Shown: positions 12,924-24,320 of the stretch, piece after piece | Numbering within the stretch: position 1 is the stretch's first letter | Layout: each line of letters opens with the position of its first letter | Source: Camelus dromedarius | Taxonomy: Eukaryota | Length of the DNA: 64,000 nucleotides | Assembly (NCBI RefSeq): GCF_036321535.1 | Contig: NC_087436.1 | Coordinates: forward strand, 111,726,001-111,790,000 | Direction: 5' to 3' | Position numbers and translations under genes: made by a program | The notes under the pieces: generated by a model | The model's input: only the letters and a program-made list of their open reading frames with translations | Told to the model about the DNA's origin: nothing | The model's database searches: none

Positions 12924-13718
12924 CGACAATTCTGATGCTAGCAGCAATTCCGATGTGTGGGTTTCTTCCCCACATCAGACAATTCCCTGCCACCAGCTAC
13001 ACTGTGCTGTCCTACAGTTCAGCTCAATTTGGGCACTGTTTCACTGGAGATAGCATCAGATTCCACAGGTTAAGGGCTCAGTCCCATAAGACTGCAACCA
13101 CTTCACATGCCAGTTACAAGTTCAAATTGTTACTTGTGCTTCTGAGCAATTGAATACAAATCAGAGGTATCTCTGACCCCTTCATTGGGTTTGATTAATT
13201 CGCTAGGGCAGCTTACAGAACTCAGGAAACCAGTTATATGAATCAACAGCTGGATAAAGAGATTCTTAGGGTGAGGTCCCAAAGGTCCCAAATACAGGAA
13301 TTTCTGTCTCCATGGAGTTTGGGGCCCAGGATGGTGGCACTGGATGTGTTCTGGTTCACTAACCTGGAGGTCTTTGAATTATGTCCTTTTGGGGCTTTTA
13401 AGGGGTCTTCATTACTTAGGCATGATTGATTAAGTCATTGGCCATTGGTAATGGAACTCAACCTCCAGCCCCTCCTTTCTCCTTGGGGATCTGAAGTTGG
13501 GACTGAAAGTTCCAACCCTCTAATCACATGATTGGTACCCCTGGCAACTAGACTGCATTGTTACCTAGGAGCTTTCCATAAGTCACCTTGTTAACTTAAC
13601 AAAAGACACCTTTATCTCTTTCCTTCCTTTGGAAATTCCAAGGATTTGAAGAGCTCTGTGCCAGGAATGGGATGAAGACCAAATATATATATTCCTTATT
13701 ACAGATTAGAATATCACA
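12924..13718 (-). mobile_element. MER21-family solo LTR
   Basis: gatagcatcagattccacaggttaagggctcagtcccataagactgc, and terminus gaccaaatatatat...aatatcaca. TSD atgg at 12920-12923 and 13719-13722. Confidence 0.85.
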
Positions 13719-13894
13719 ATGGCCAATGATGCTTTAACCACATACAACTGTGTTATTCCTTTATAAGCTAGTGCTGGATGGAAGAGGTCACCAGTGAATT
13801 CTCTCTAGTGTCACCTCTCCTGCCACCTGAAAGAAAGCTCTTTTTGGATACGGAAAAAAGCTAAGCAGAGATCATCCTTCCAGTTCCTCCAGGA

Positions 13895-14125
13895 ACATTA
13901 TTTAATTACTTAATATTTGCCAGGAACTATACTAGGCACTCTTTATAGGGGATCCTACTCTCACCTTTACAACACATTGGTATTTACTGGCACCCTCAAG
14001 ATTGCGTATTTTGAAATGAAGACTTAGAGATGTGAAATAGCTTGCTCAAGGACACAGAGCTAGTAAGTGGCTATTCTAGCACTGAACTCAATTCTGTTCA
14101 ACCTCCAAACACATGCTGTTCTGAT
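13895..14125 (-). mobile_element. MIR
   Basis: gacttagagatgtgaaatagcttgctcaaggacacagagctagtaagtggc. Confidence 0.75.
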
Positions 14126-15152
14126 TTTACTATTTTTTCCACTGATTTCTCAGGCAACTATGATGAAGGTCTTGATCTTCCTATTTGTCTGATAAGAAGA
14201 CACCTAGAACCAACACCAGAGAGTGAGATTCTTTTATCAGGAGCAAAATTCCTGACATTTGGGATTAGCTGGAAAGGGGTCAGATTTCCTGGATGGGGCT
14301 GCAGACATACGGTTTGAGTTCGAGGTGGGGTGAGGAGGAAGCTTTATGAAGATGATCCTGGGAAGCCTCAGGTTCTATGAAGAATTACTGTCTGACTCTT
14401 AGCTTCCTAGGGACTGGCTCTATTTCAGGTTTCCAAACTCAGGAAGAGGGAGACAAAGTAAGGCGATAGTTGGTATATTCACATGTATCGCACCCTACTC
14501 CCCCATCAACCCAATGATCTCAGATTATTAATATCTGATGGAAAGTTCCATTCCTTCAACTGTATCTAGCTTCCTTGAGCCAGGGGACTAATTCATATAT
14601 GTATCACTCATTATTAAGCCGATCCTACAGCAAAAGCATGTTGGAACCTCCTAAAATGACATAAGTGCTTCAAGAGGTTAGTAGAGACCATATGAACATA
14701 GGTAGGTTTGTGATTTGGGGTGATTAATCTATTCAGAGCAGGTCAACCAGGAGTCAGGGGACTAGATTAATACCCATGGAAATTTGGAATGGAGGGTCCT
14801 GATTGGCAAGAAAGGGTAAAACAGGCTGTGGAGATCCTAGTGTCAACTGGACAGCATCCTGGCCAGGGCTTTGGTCTCAACGGGATTTTGAATTTGGGTT
14901 GGATCTCAGCCTTTGTGTGAATTAGGAAAAAGGCAACTTTCCTGGGTGGATGAATAGCAAGACATGCTTCTTTTTCTAGGTGGATGTCAGCTTGAGCCAG
15001 GTCTCACAGTGATCAATGGGGGATTTTGGTCCTGATTCATTCGTTATCACAGGCATATTTGGGTGATACAAAAACTGAATCACTGTTCATGTCAACCCAG
15101 CCTGGAAAGGGATAGAAAATAGAATCAAAATCTTTTTATATTATGGAGACTG

Positions 15153-15205
15153 TAATAATAATAATAATAATAATAACAATAACAACAACAACAACAACAA
15201 CAACA
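15153..15205. repeat. Compound (AAT)n(AAC)n microsatellite
   Basis: Directly visible. It explains the poly-Cys/poly-Tyr pseudo-ORF at 15125-15328. Confidence 0.95.
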
Positions 15206-15749
15206 TTTTATGAGGATCAAAAGAGATTGATATAATAAAATATAAATAATATAATATAATAATATGATATATAATGCTAAGCACATACTAAGGACTAGAT
15301 CAGAATTTGCTAACAAAATAAATCCCAAACTGGGTCAATTTGGCAACTTCCTTCCTTATAGTGCTTATAGGACCACTAAAGATATTTTTCTATTTTTAAG
15401 TCTGAAACTACTCAGAGTTCACTCTTGAGAGTTCAAAAGATTTTCTATGTAGTTTAAAAGTTCATCCACTGCAGTAAACTTTTCTTTATTATTTATTGGT
15501 CCATCGTCTAATTGTTTTTTTCTTTCTAATGGTCTTATAATTTTATAAATCTGTGGCCATTTAGATTCAAATGTCCATATGCAACACCCATTTAACGAGA
15601 GTCTCTTTTTAAGCTTCTCTCTCAGGAGATAAGAAAAGAATATCTCATGGTGTGATGTTGCTAGAAAAGCATTTACCTTTTTGAATGCCTTATGTCTAAC
15701 TATCTAAGTACCGTTTATCATCACAAGCTGTTAGCAATGATCTTCTTAT

Positions 15750-16320
15750 TCATTGTGTCACCAGCCTCCTAAGTGGTCCTGGCTCCACTTCATGCCAGTA
15801 ATCTTCATGTATTTTGCACTTTCTACCTCTGCATCTAGGAAGTCTTATCAAATCTTTTCCCTATACTACATCTTCCTTGGTTCTCACCGAAACCATTCGA
15901 ATAGCCTCCTAAAAGATCTTCTGCCACCAAATTATATTTCTCTAATCCATTTTTCTAACTGCCAGAAGGAGATTTCTTAAATTAAAATCTTATAAAATTA
16001 TTCCTTGTCTTCCCATTGCCTTAGGGGGAAACAAAACACTCTTTACTTAATAAGGTACTTGAAAGCCTCTGCATGGTCTAGCCCCAGTTTAACTCACAAC
16101 CTCATCACTAGCTGCTTCCCCCTAGAGAGTCTACACTAAGCCTGGTGAACTATATACAGTTTTCTATACTGTTTCAGACCTCTGTGTCTTTGCTGATGCA
16201 AAAAAATTATTGATTCTTCTCTTACCCAAAAGATGATGTATTCATCCTTCAAGGTAAGTGCAAGTGTTTCTCTCCTAGTGATGATTTATTAGTCCTTCCA
16301 CTGCACTTAATTTCTCCCTC
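15750..16320 (+). mobile_element. L2 fragment
   Basis: aatagcctcctaaaagatcttctgcc, ctgccagaaggagatttcttaaattaaaatct and cttcccattgcctt are typical L2 motifs. Confidence 0.65.
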
Positions 16321-16404
16321 TCTCTCTCTATGAAAGATTATATTCATCCCCTGGGTTGCATTTATGCATTTACATGATTTTTTTGTCCTGTTATACTAAG
16401 AGTC

Positions 16405-16900
16405 TGTGGAGAGCAGAAGAGTGCAGAATATTTCCCATTTATCCCTCCAGATCTACTCTCCCTACTTTTCCACCTTGATCTCCAGGAATGTGTATGGACT
16501 GCATCCATGAGATAGATCTCTTGTCCTAGGTATCCAGGTAGTTTCAGCCCATGGGAGACAATGGTGGAAAATCTGAGGGAGGAAGGAGAGTGAGACTGGG
16601 GTGTTTTCCCCATAGCTCTTCAACTTCCTCAAGCAGGTTGTACATTGGCTGCATCTGCATATCCCTACCAGAGACCACAGCTCCTGTCCAATAGCTATAT
16701 CTCCTGTCTCTGGGATTCAGTGATTACTGGCTCCCCTTGTCTGTTGAGGCCTGGGGGAGGTAATAGCTCCCCATTGTTGCTAGCACCAGGGTACTGTACC
16801 GTCCCATGTTATTGCTTACACTTTTTAAAATGATTTCTTTATAAAAATCTCCTTAACTAACAAGTATGTGTGGGCCATCTGTTTCCTACTAGGCCTTTTC
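16405..16900 (+). mobile_element. ERVL LTR, LTR16-like
   Basis: cagcccatgggagac...gagggaggaaggagagtgagactggggtgttt...ggcctgggggaggtaatagctcccc...gccatctgtttcct. Confidence 0.75.
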
Positions 16901-16929
16901 ATCACCAGAGTGGTAGCTGGTAGCTGCAC

Positions 16930-17122
16930 TATACAGCGTTTAAGAACTCAGACTCCGAGGTCAAGCAGAACTAGTGCTAATTCCAGCTCCACTATTATCT
17001 AGTAGTAGGCCAATTACTCTATGCCTTTGTTTCCTCCTTAAGTGATGGGAATAATAATAATAATTACAGATTTATAAGGATTAAATAAGAGAATGAATAC
17101 AAAATGTACATCACAAGGCCGT
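16930..17122 (+). mobile_element. MIR
   Basis: ttaagaactcagactc...ttccagctccact...atgggaataataata...aggattaaataag. Confidence 0.7.
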
Positions 17123-17598
17123 GTATAACAAAGACTTTGGCCTTACCCAAAGGGAGGTCTGGTCTTTGTCCTTGGCTCTTGAGACATAACCTCTAAGCCC
17201 CTGGAATTTCCTGAGTGATGGGAGTGGCAGTTTGTAATGCTAATGAAGTAAATAATGACGGGCCCCTCAAGCCATGTGATATCAGCCCAACCTCCATGGT
17301 GGGGGCGGTGGCTAGAGACTGAGTTCAATCATATGAGTACTCAATCAGTCATGTCTGAGAAATGTGGTCCCAATAGAAGTTCTGGACACTAAACCTTGGG
17401 TAAGTTTCCCAGGTGGACAAAAAGAATGTGCCTTGTCACACTTTAGTGGTGGAGGGTAATGAATCCTGCAGAAAAAAGGAAGCCTCTTCCCTTGAACCTT
17501 CCCAGACTGTACTCTATGAGTCTTTTCTTTTCCCTGTAACAAACTGTAACTATGAGTATAACAGCTTTCAGTGAGTTCTGAGTACTTCTAGCAAATTA
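17123..17598 (+). mobile_element. MER21/MER77-group LTR, 3' end missing
   Basis: aacctctaagcccctggaatttcctgagtgat...gagtataacagctttcagtgagttctgagtacttctagcaaatta, then interrupted at a TA by Tigger1. Confidence 0.7.
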
Positions 17599-18073
17599 CA
17601 GTCATACCTCGTGTTATGGTTCTTCACTTTATTGTGTTACACAGATACTGCGTTTTTTTACAAACTGATGATTTATGGCAAGCCTCCTTCAAACAAGTCT
17701 ATAGATGCCATTTTTCCAAGTGCATTTACTCACTTCATGTCTCTGTGTCACATTTTGGTAATTTTCACAATACTTCAAACTTTTCATTATTATTATATTT
17801 GTTATGGTGATCTGAGTGAGATCAGTGATCTTTGATGCTATTATTGCAAAAAAGATTATGACTTGCTGAAGAATCAAAGTTTAGCATTATTTAGCAATAA
17901 AACAATAATTATAGAATTAAGGTAGGTTTTTTGTAGTCATAATGCTATTACACCCTTAATAGACTACAGTATAGTGTAAATATAACTTTTTTTGTATATG
18001 TATACTTTTATTGAAGTATAGTCAGTACACAATGATGTGTCAATAAACATAAGTTTTATATGCACTGGGAAAC
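17599..18073 (+). mobile_element. Internally deleted Tigger1 (TcMar-Tigger), right terminal inverted repeat missing
   Basis: TA followed by cagtcatacctcg (Tigger1 TIR-like). 5' body tgtctctgtgtcacattttggtaatt is fused to the 3' body aaagattatgacttgctgaag...atagactacagtatagtgtaaa...tgcactgggaaac. Confidence 0.85.
17991..18043 (-). mobile_element. Ultra-short young L1 3' tip inserted in Tigger1
   Basis: Reverse complement ttgacacatcattgtgtactgactatacttcaataaaag matches the L1 tail at 3779-3820. TSD taaatataactttt / taaacataagtttt. Confidence 0.8.
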
Positions 18074-20278
18074 AACCATTTATTATAAAAACTCTTACCA
18101 AAGTGGGTATAGAGGAAGCATATCTCAACATAATAAAAGCTATTTATGGCAAACACACAACAAACATAATATTCAATGCTGAAAAGTTGAAAGCCTTCCT
18201 GCTAAAATCTGGAACAAGACAAGAATGCCTACTCTCATCACTTCTGTTAAACACAATATTGGAAGTCCTAGCCACAGTAATCAGACAAGAAAAAGAAATA
18301 AAAGTTTCCCAAATTAGAAAGAAAGAGGAAAAACTGTCACTATATGCTGATGATATGACACTATACACAGAAAATTGTAAGGACTCCACACAAAACTACT
18401 AGAATTGATAAACAAATTCAATAAGGTAGCAAAATACAAGATTAACATACAAAAATCTGCTGCATTTCTTTACACTAATAATGAAATATCAGAAAAGGAA
18501 AGTAAAAACATTTCTTTTTACAATCACATCAAAAAAACAGAAACAAAACAAACAAACAAAAAAAACAAAATCAAAAACAAAAAAACAACTTAGGAATAAA
18601 CCTAACCAAGGAGGTGAAAGACTTATATACTGAAAACAATAAAACTCTAATAAAAGAAATTGAAGATGATTAAAGAAATAGGAAGATATCCCACACTCTT
18701 AGATTGGAAGAATTAATATTGTTAAAATGGTCATACTATCCAAAGCAATCTACAGATTTAATGTGATCCCTATCAAATTACCCAGGACATTTTTCAGAGA
18801 ACTAGAATGAATAATCCTAAAATTTATATGGAATCAGAAAAGAGCCAGAATTGCCAAAGCAGTACTGAAGAAAAAGAATGAAGCTAAAGGCATAACTCTT
18901 CCAGACTTCAAACAATATTACAAAACTACAGTAATCAAAACAGCATGGTATTGACACAAAACCAAACACATGTATCATGGAACCAAACACAGTACCCAGA
19001 AATAAACTTACATTCCTATGAAGTCAATTAATCTTCAATAATGGAGGCAAGAATATACAATGGAGAAAGGACAGTCTCTTCAGCAAGTGGTGTTGGGAAA
19101 GCTGGACAGCCACACATAAATCAGTGAAGTTAGAACACTTCCCCATACCATACACCGAAATAAACCCCAAATGGCTTAAAGACTTAGGTGTAAGACAGGA
19201 CACCATAAACCTCCTAGAAAGGAATATAGGCAAAGCATTCTCTGACATAAATCTTAGCAATGGTTCTCCTAGAGCAGTCTACTAAGGTCATAGAAATAAA
19301 AGCAAAAATAAACAAATGGGACCTAATCAAACTTACAAGCTTTTGCACAACAGAGGAAAGCATAAACAAAATGAAAAGATAGCCTCCAGACAGGGAGAAA
19401 ATATTTGCAAAATGATGCAACTGACAAGAGCTTAATTTCCAAAATATATAAACAGCTTATATAACTTAATAACAAAAGAAAAAGAAACAACCCAATCAAA
19501 AAATGGGCAGAAGACCTAAACAGACATTTCTCCAAAGAAGATACACAGATAGTCAACAAGCACATGAAAAGATGCTCAGTATTGCTAATTATCAGAAAAA
19601 TGCAAGTCAAAACTATAATGAAGTATCTTCTAACACTGGTCAGAATGGCCATCATTAAAAAGTCCACAAATGATAAATGCTAGAGAGGATGTGGAGAGAA
19701 GAGAACCCTCTTACACTGTTGGTTGGAATGTAAATTGGTGCAGCCACTATGGAAAACAGTACGGAGGTTCTTTAAAAAATTAAAAATAGAGTTATCATAT
19801 GATCCAACAATCCCACTCCTGCGCATATATCTGGAGAAAACTCTAGTTTGAAATGATACATACACACCAATGTTCATAGCAGTACTATTTACAGTAACCA
19901 AGACATAGAAGCAACCTAAATGTCCATCGACAGATGACTGGATAAAAATGATGTGATATGTTTATACAATGGAATACTACTCAGTCATAAAAAAGAGTGA
20001 AATAATGCCAGTTGTAGCAGCATGGATGGACCTGGAGATTTTCATTTTAAAAGAAGTAAGCTAGAAAGAGAAAGAAAAATACCATATGATATCACTTATA
20101 TGTGGAATCTAAAAATATGAGACAAATGAACTTATTTACAAAACAGAAAGAGACTCACAGACATAGAAAACAAACTTATAGTTACCAGCAGGGAAAGGGG
20201 GTGGAGGAGGGATAAATTAGGAGTTTGGGAATAGCAGATACAAACTACTGTATATAAAATAGATAAACAACAGGATCC

Positions 20279-20321
<43 letters not shown>

Positions 20322-20378
20322 GTATAAAATAGGAAAATATACTCAATAGCTTGTAATAACCTATAAAAAAAAAAAGAA
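18074..20378 (+). mobile_element. 5'-truncated L1, ~2.3 kb: RT C-terminal half, ORF2 C-terminus and 3' UTR; inactive
   Basis: ORFs 18037-18402 and 18405-18593 give ...[23 protein letters not shown]...LYADDM...INKFNKVAKYKINIQKS. Frameshifts and stops; (CA)n expansion at 20282-20318; ends in an A-tract. Confidence 0.97.
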
Positions 20379-20974
20379 GACTTAGGTGGACTTATCCTCC
20401 TTCAAATCTCACGGTTTGGCTAACCCTGGTAGCTTGATATGTGGTGATTACCCAATAAATTTTCCTGCTAAATGTTGGTTTAAGGCATGAATGAAAGAAT
20501 GATAATGGCCATCAGCACACACACAAATTTTCACAGTCTGCAGGACCTTGACTGTGCCTGTGGGTCCCTTATACCATAAATCTGCTTTCAGCCTTTATTA
20601 AATTTATCAACCCATTTCCTTTTGAGCCAGAATATCATATTTGATTTGTACCGAAGTGTAGTATTTTGGTTATGAGCTTAGAAAGTTGAAACAGAATAAA
20701 AATTTAAAAGATTAAAACTTCCAAATTGCTAGGTCAGAGAGACTTTTGATTTCAGAATATTTCTTTTAATCATTGTTTTAATAGAAATCAGTCAAATCTC
20801 CCCCTGCCAATGAATGGTTCTTGAGACAGATAAGCTCTCTGATGTTAGAAAGATTCTGGCAGGCAACTTGACCCTATAAGGGATCCTTAAATATGTGGGT
20901 TCTTGATCCTTATTATGTGTGCAGTCATGCCTCAGCCACACCTCCTCAGCAGAAATTCCTGTCTTGGGACCACA

Positions 20975-21133
20975 GAGGGTGACCAACTGTCGCAGGTTGC
21001 CTGGGACTGAGGGGGTTCCCAGGATATGGGACATTTCATTCTAATACCATGGCTGAAGGTTTTCCTGGGATGCAGGACTTTTGATGCCCAAATCAGGAAA
21101 GTTACAGGCAAACTATGATGAGTTGGTTAGCAT
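20975..21133. mobile_element. hAT-Blackjack MITE (MER81/MER94-like)
   Basis: agggtgaccaact at the left end and degenerate agttggttagcat at the right form inverted termini; internal duplicated ggactgagggg.../ggctgaagg... unit. Confidence 0.7.
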
Positions 21134-21766
21134 GAGACCGTGTGACTCTAGTCCCCTGGCCCCAGTATTTTGGATTGGGCAGTGATCTCAAGTGTAGACA
21201 ATCTCTAGGCTAGAGAGTGGCTTGTCAGATGGTTTGGACTGAAAGCTGGGTCCAACAGACTACAATCGCTAATGGGGCTAATCACATTTCTCTCTAGAGC
21301 AGTTAGAACTTGAGACAGAGAGAGTCGGCCAACTGGCAGCAAGATAATGTCCAAAGACATTCAGAGAGAAGAGACCAAGAAGGTAAACCAAGTTATAATA
21401 ATCCATGAGATCTAAGGGGTGAACAGTGAACTCTGCTGACCAGGCATGTTGGAGCCAAAGCATCTTTGGATTCAGAGCAGATATTCATTTTTCCAAACTG
21501 TGTTCCTGTGTCCATGAAGCCTTCTGACTTCTCATGGTGCCAGGTTAAGCAGTCAAGGTTCCTGTTTTGTTTTGTTTGTTTTTTAAATCTCTACATGTAC
21601 CCTTTTATATGCCTTTCTTTTCTCAAGTTGAGCTGAGCAAAACTCTGTCCTTCTAAACCAAAAGGCTAAGTGGAACATCTACACTGGATATTATGGTAAA
21701 TGGGGGTGGCGGTGGTGGAACTGATTAGGGGAGATGATGGAAAAAGTGGACCTAAAATTGACACCA

Positions 21767-21861
21767 TATGTAAGTCAAACCATTACGCTGTACACTTAGA
21801 CAGTGCTACATGTCCATTATATGTCAATAAAAAAGAAGAGAGAAAAAAAAAAGAAAAAAAA
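21767..21861 (+). mobile_element. Short L1 3' end (L1MA9/laurasiatherian-like)
   Basis: atgtaagtcaaaccattacgctgtacac...tcaataaa plus an A-tail. TSD aaaattgacacca / agagttgacacca. Confidence 0.8.
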
Positions 21862-22004
21862 AGAGTTGACACCAAGTGTGGCATTGTGTTTTTTGAGTGA
21901 TTTTCTTTGGCCCAGTTGCTTGTGGAACCAAGAACAAGGGGCTTAATATTTATTTAGTGCCTGCTATATGTTGGACACTTTAAATAGTTTATTGCATTTA
22001 ATTT

Positions 22005-22390
22005 GGTGTTCTTTTAATTTTTTTCTTTGAGTTTTATTGAGATATAATTGACATACAGCACTGGATAGGTTTAAAATGTACAGCATAATGGTTTGACTTA
22101 CATACATCATGAAAAGATTAGTATAACAAGTTTAGTAAATAGCCATCATCTTATATGGATACCAAATTAAAGAAATAGAAAAAGTTTGTTTTTGTGATGA
22201 GAAGTCAAGATTCACTCTCTTAACAACTTTCATATATGGCACACGGCAGTGTTAATTATATTCATCACATTGTACATTACATCCCTAGTGCTTATTTATC
22301 TTATTTATACCCGGAAATTTGTACCTTTTGACTGCCTTCATCTAATTCCTCCTCCTTCCACCCCTGGCCTCTGGTAACCACAAATCTGAT
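22005..22390 (-). mobile_element. L1 3' end (same subfamily as 21767-21861) inserted in a MIR
   Basis: ttttattgagatataattgacatacagcactg...ctctggtaaccacaaatctgat. MIR halves flank it at ~21945-22002 and ~22391-22520. Confidence 0.9.
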
Positions 22391-23083
22391 CATTTAGTCT
22401 TAACAACATTGCCAGGTGAGTGTATCATCTCATACATATGGGGAAACTTCTCAGAGGTTAAGTAACTTGACATTGGCTCTCCATGGTTGGGGTTTCACCT
22501 CCAGTTTGCCTGATTGCAAAGGCACTAGACCTTCTCATAGCATTTGAGAATTAATTGAAGTGACTCCGGAGAGTCAGAAGGGTCTGGGGCAATGGCTGAG
22601 AGGTCTTTTTGGACCTTTGGAAACGGTTAGTAGACAGAGGATTCCATGGTCCTTCTTCCCGCCGCCAGAGACATTTAGCCTCCAGCCTTCTCAGCCTCTC
22701 TCCATACGTTATTGACCCTGGTCCCACTTGCCGTGGGGTCACTCTCTTTATGTTTTCCAGAATACTTTTACAAATAGGGTGATTGTTGATCCTTCCACAG
22801 TAGGCAAGGAAGTGTAGGCATGGACAAAGAAACAACTTGCCCAAAGTCACACAGCCAGATTCTGCTGGACTCATAACAAGAACACCAGGAAATGGAGGGG
22901 CGGGGGGAAGAGAGGTACCCAGAAAAACAAAGAGCTTAACAGACTTGGGAAAGGGTAGGGACACCTCAGCCCACTTGCCCATTAGCTGGCCTTGTGACCA
23001 TGGGCTGGCCACAGGCTCTCTCTAGGCCCCCGGGGCCCCATCCACCCCCGCGGAACTTGTTTCAGTTAACAAGCCCTTCATGC

Positions 23084-23132
23084 TGTCCTCACCGTGGGCT
23101 TTGTCCTCACTGTGGGCTTTGTCCTCACTGTG
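23084..23132. repeat. 18-bp tandem repeat, ~2.7 copies (tgtcctcacygtgggctt)
   Basis: Units start at 23084, 23102 and 23120. Confidence 0.9.
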
Positions 23133-23384
23133 ATCTGAAGATATAGCTCTCCTTTCTCCACTCCTCCACACCATCCTGCATCTGGCTCGGTCTAACTCAT
23201 GATTCTGGTGTAATTTGGAAGTCACTTCCACTAGGAAGACTTCCCAATTAATAAATGTTCAATAAATTACTTAATAAAAAACTATGGAGCCCTAAGTAGT
23301 GGCCCATATCGAGAGGCTCAGGAGCCAAACAAAGGAATGCTCACAGTGGGCATTGTTTAATAAGTGGCCCATGGGCACCTGCAT

Positions 23385-23555
23385 TCCTTTACATCGTCTA
23401 TTTTATTTCATTCCCATGATGGTTCTGGGAGGTGAGCATTATCATCCCATTTGAGAGGCTGAAAGTCGGGGAAGTTATATTACCTGCGCAAATCATGCAG
23501 CATGAGAGCTGGGATTCAGACTTATTTCTCTGATTGCAAACTCACTCTTAAGATC
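23385..23555 (-). mobile_element. MIR
   Basis: gaggtgagcattatcatcccattt...gagagctgggattcaga. Confidence 0.65.
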
Positions 23556-23629
23556 CAGAAATAGGATAGGGAACCAGAGTAGGACAGAAGTCAGAGGACC
23601 CAAAACCCTCCCTGGGAGCAGAGCAGCAC

Positions 23630-24320
23630 ACTGGTCAACGAGGCTGGAGCAAGTGGATGCCTAGTTTATCAAAGAGCCACACTGGGGAAGTTGCTGGGGG
23701 CAGGGCTGGCTTTTCGTGAGGGCTCCTCCAGCCCACTGCAGAAAACAGATCCCCGAAGCTCGATTTTGTTTGTCAGCATTTCTCATTCTGCCCACGCAAC
23801 GTTTCTGTAGAGTCTGGAGTGAAACCAGCACTGCTTTCCACAATCGAGTTTCTCCCATTACCCGGGAATAGCCGACCCGACTGGGGTGGTTTCCTCTGGT
23901 GTGCTCCCCCCTCGGCGGGCCCCTTTCCCCCTCTGTAAGGTTGAATTCCCTGATGGTAATCATAATCATAAGCACATGTTGTTGCTCTCCGCTGCCATCG
24001 GACTTGCAAGCTTTAGTTTTAAAGGCGAAAAATAGAAAGTCATTTTCAGAATGCGTTTTCTGTCAAGGGGCAGTTTCTGTGGACAGAAAAGTGATTGTCA
24101 AATGCGTTCTTGGAGCGGATTTGCATACTAAGCACGAGTTCGAACCAGGTAGCCATGTCAGGCAATTACCGCGTCAGCAGAACAGTGGTTTATAGCTTCA
24201 TGTGCTGGTCCCAGGATTTGAAGCTCGGAGACTTGTTGGCTTACAAAATGCTAATGGGGAATTGAAAACTCCAACAAGCCTCCCTACAGTCGTTGCAGAT
24301 CAGGCCAGGAATTATTTAAA
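23630..24320. promoter_or_regulatory. Weak CpG-island-like candidate enhancer or promoter
   Basis: About two dozen CpGs in ~700 bp by hand count, against a CpG-depleted background. No recognisable repeat. Octamer ATTTGCAT at 24119-24126. Confidence 0.4.

Noticed and set aside
14130..14317. Possible coding exon after the acceptor-like ttttttccactgatttctcag
   Set aside because: The peptide is unrecognisable, there is no convincing in-frame donor before the stop, and the upstream part is MIR.
15125..15328. Poly-Cys/poly-Tyr protein
   Set aside because: Translation of an (AAT)n(AAC)n microsatellite.
18037..18593. Functional reverse transcriptase gene (retron/DGR-like novel system)
   Set aside because: It is 5'-truncated, frameshifted LINE-1 ORF2, and the ORF start lies in upstream unrelated repeat sequence.
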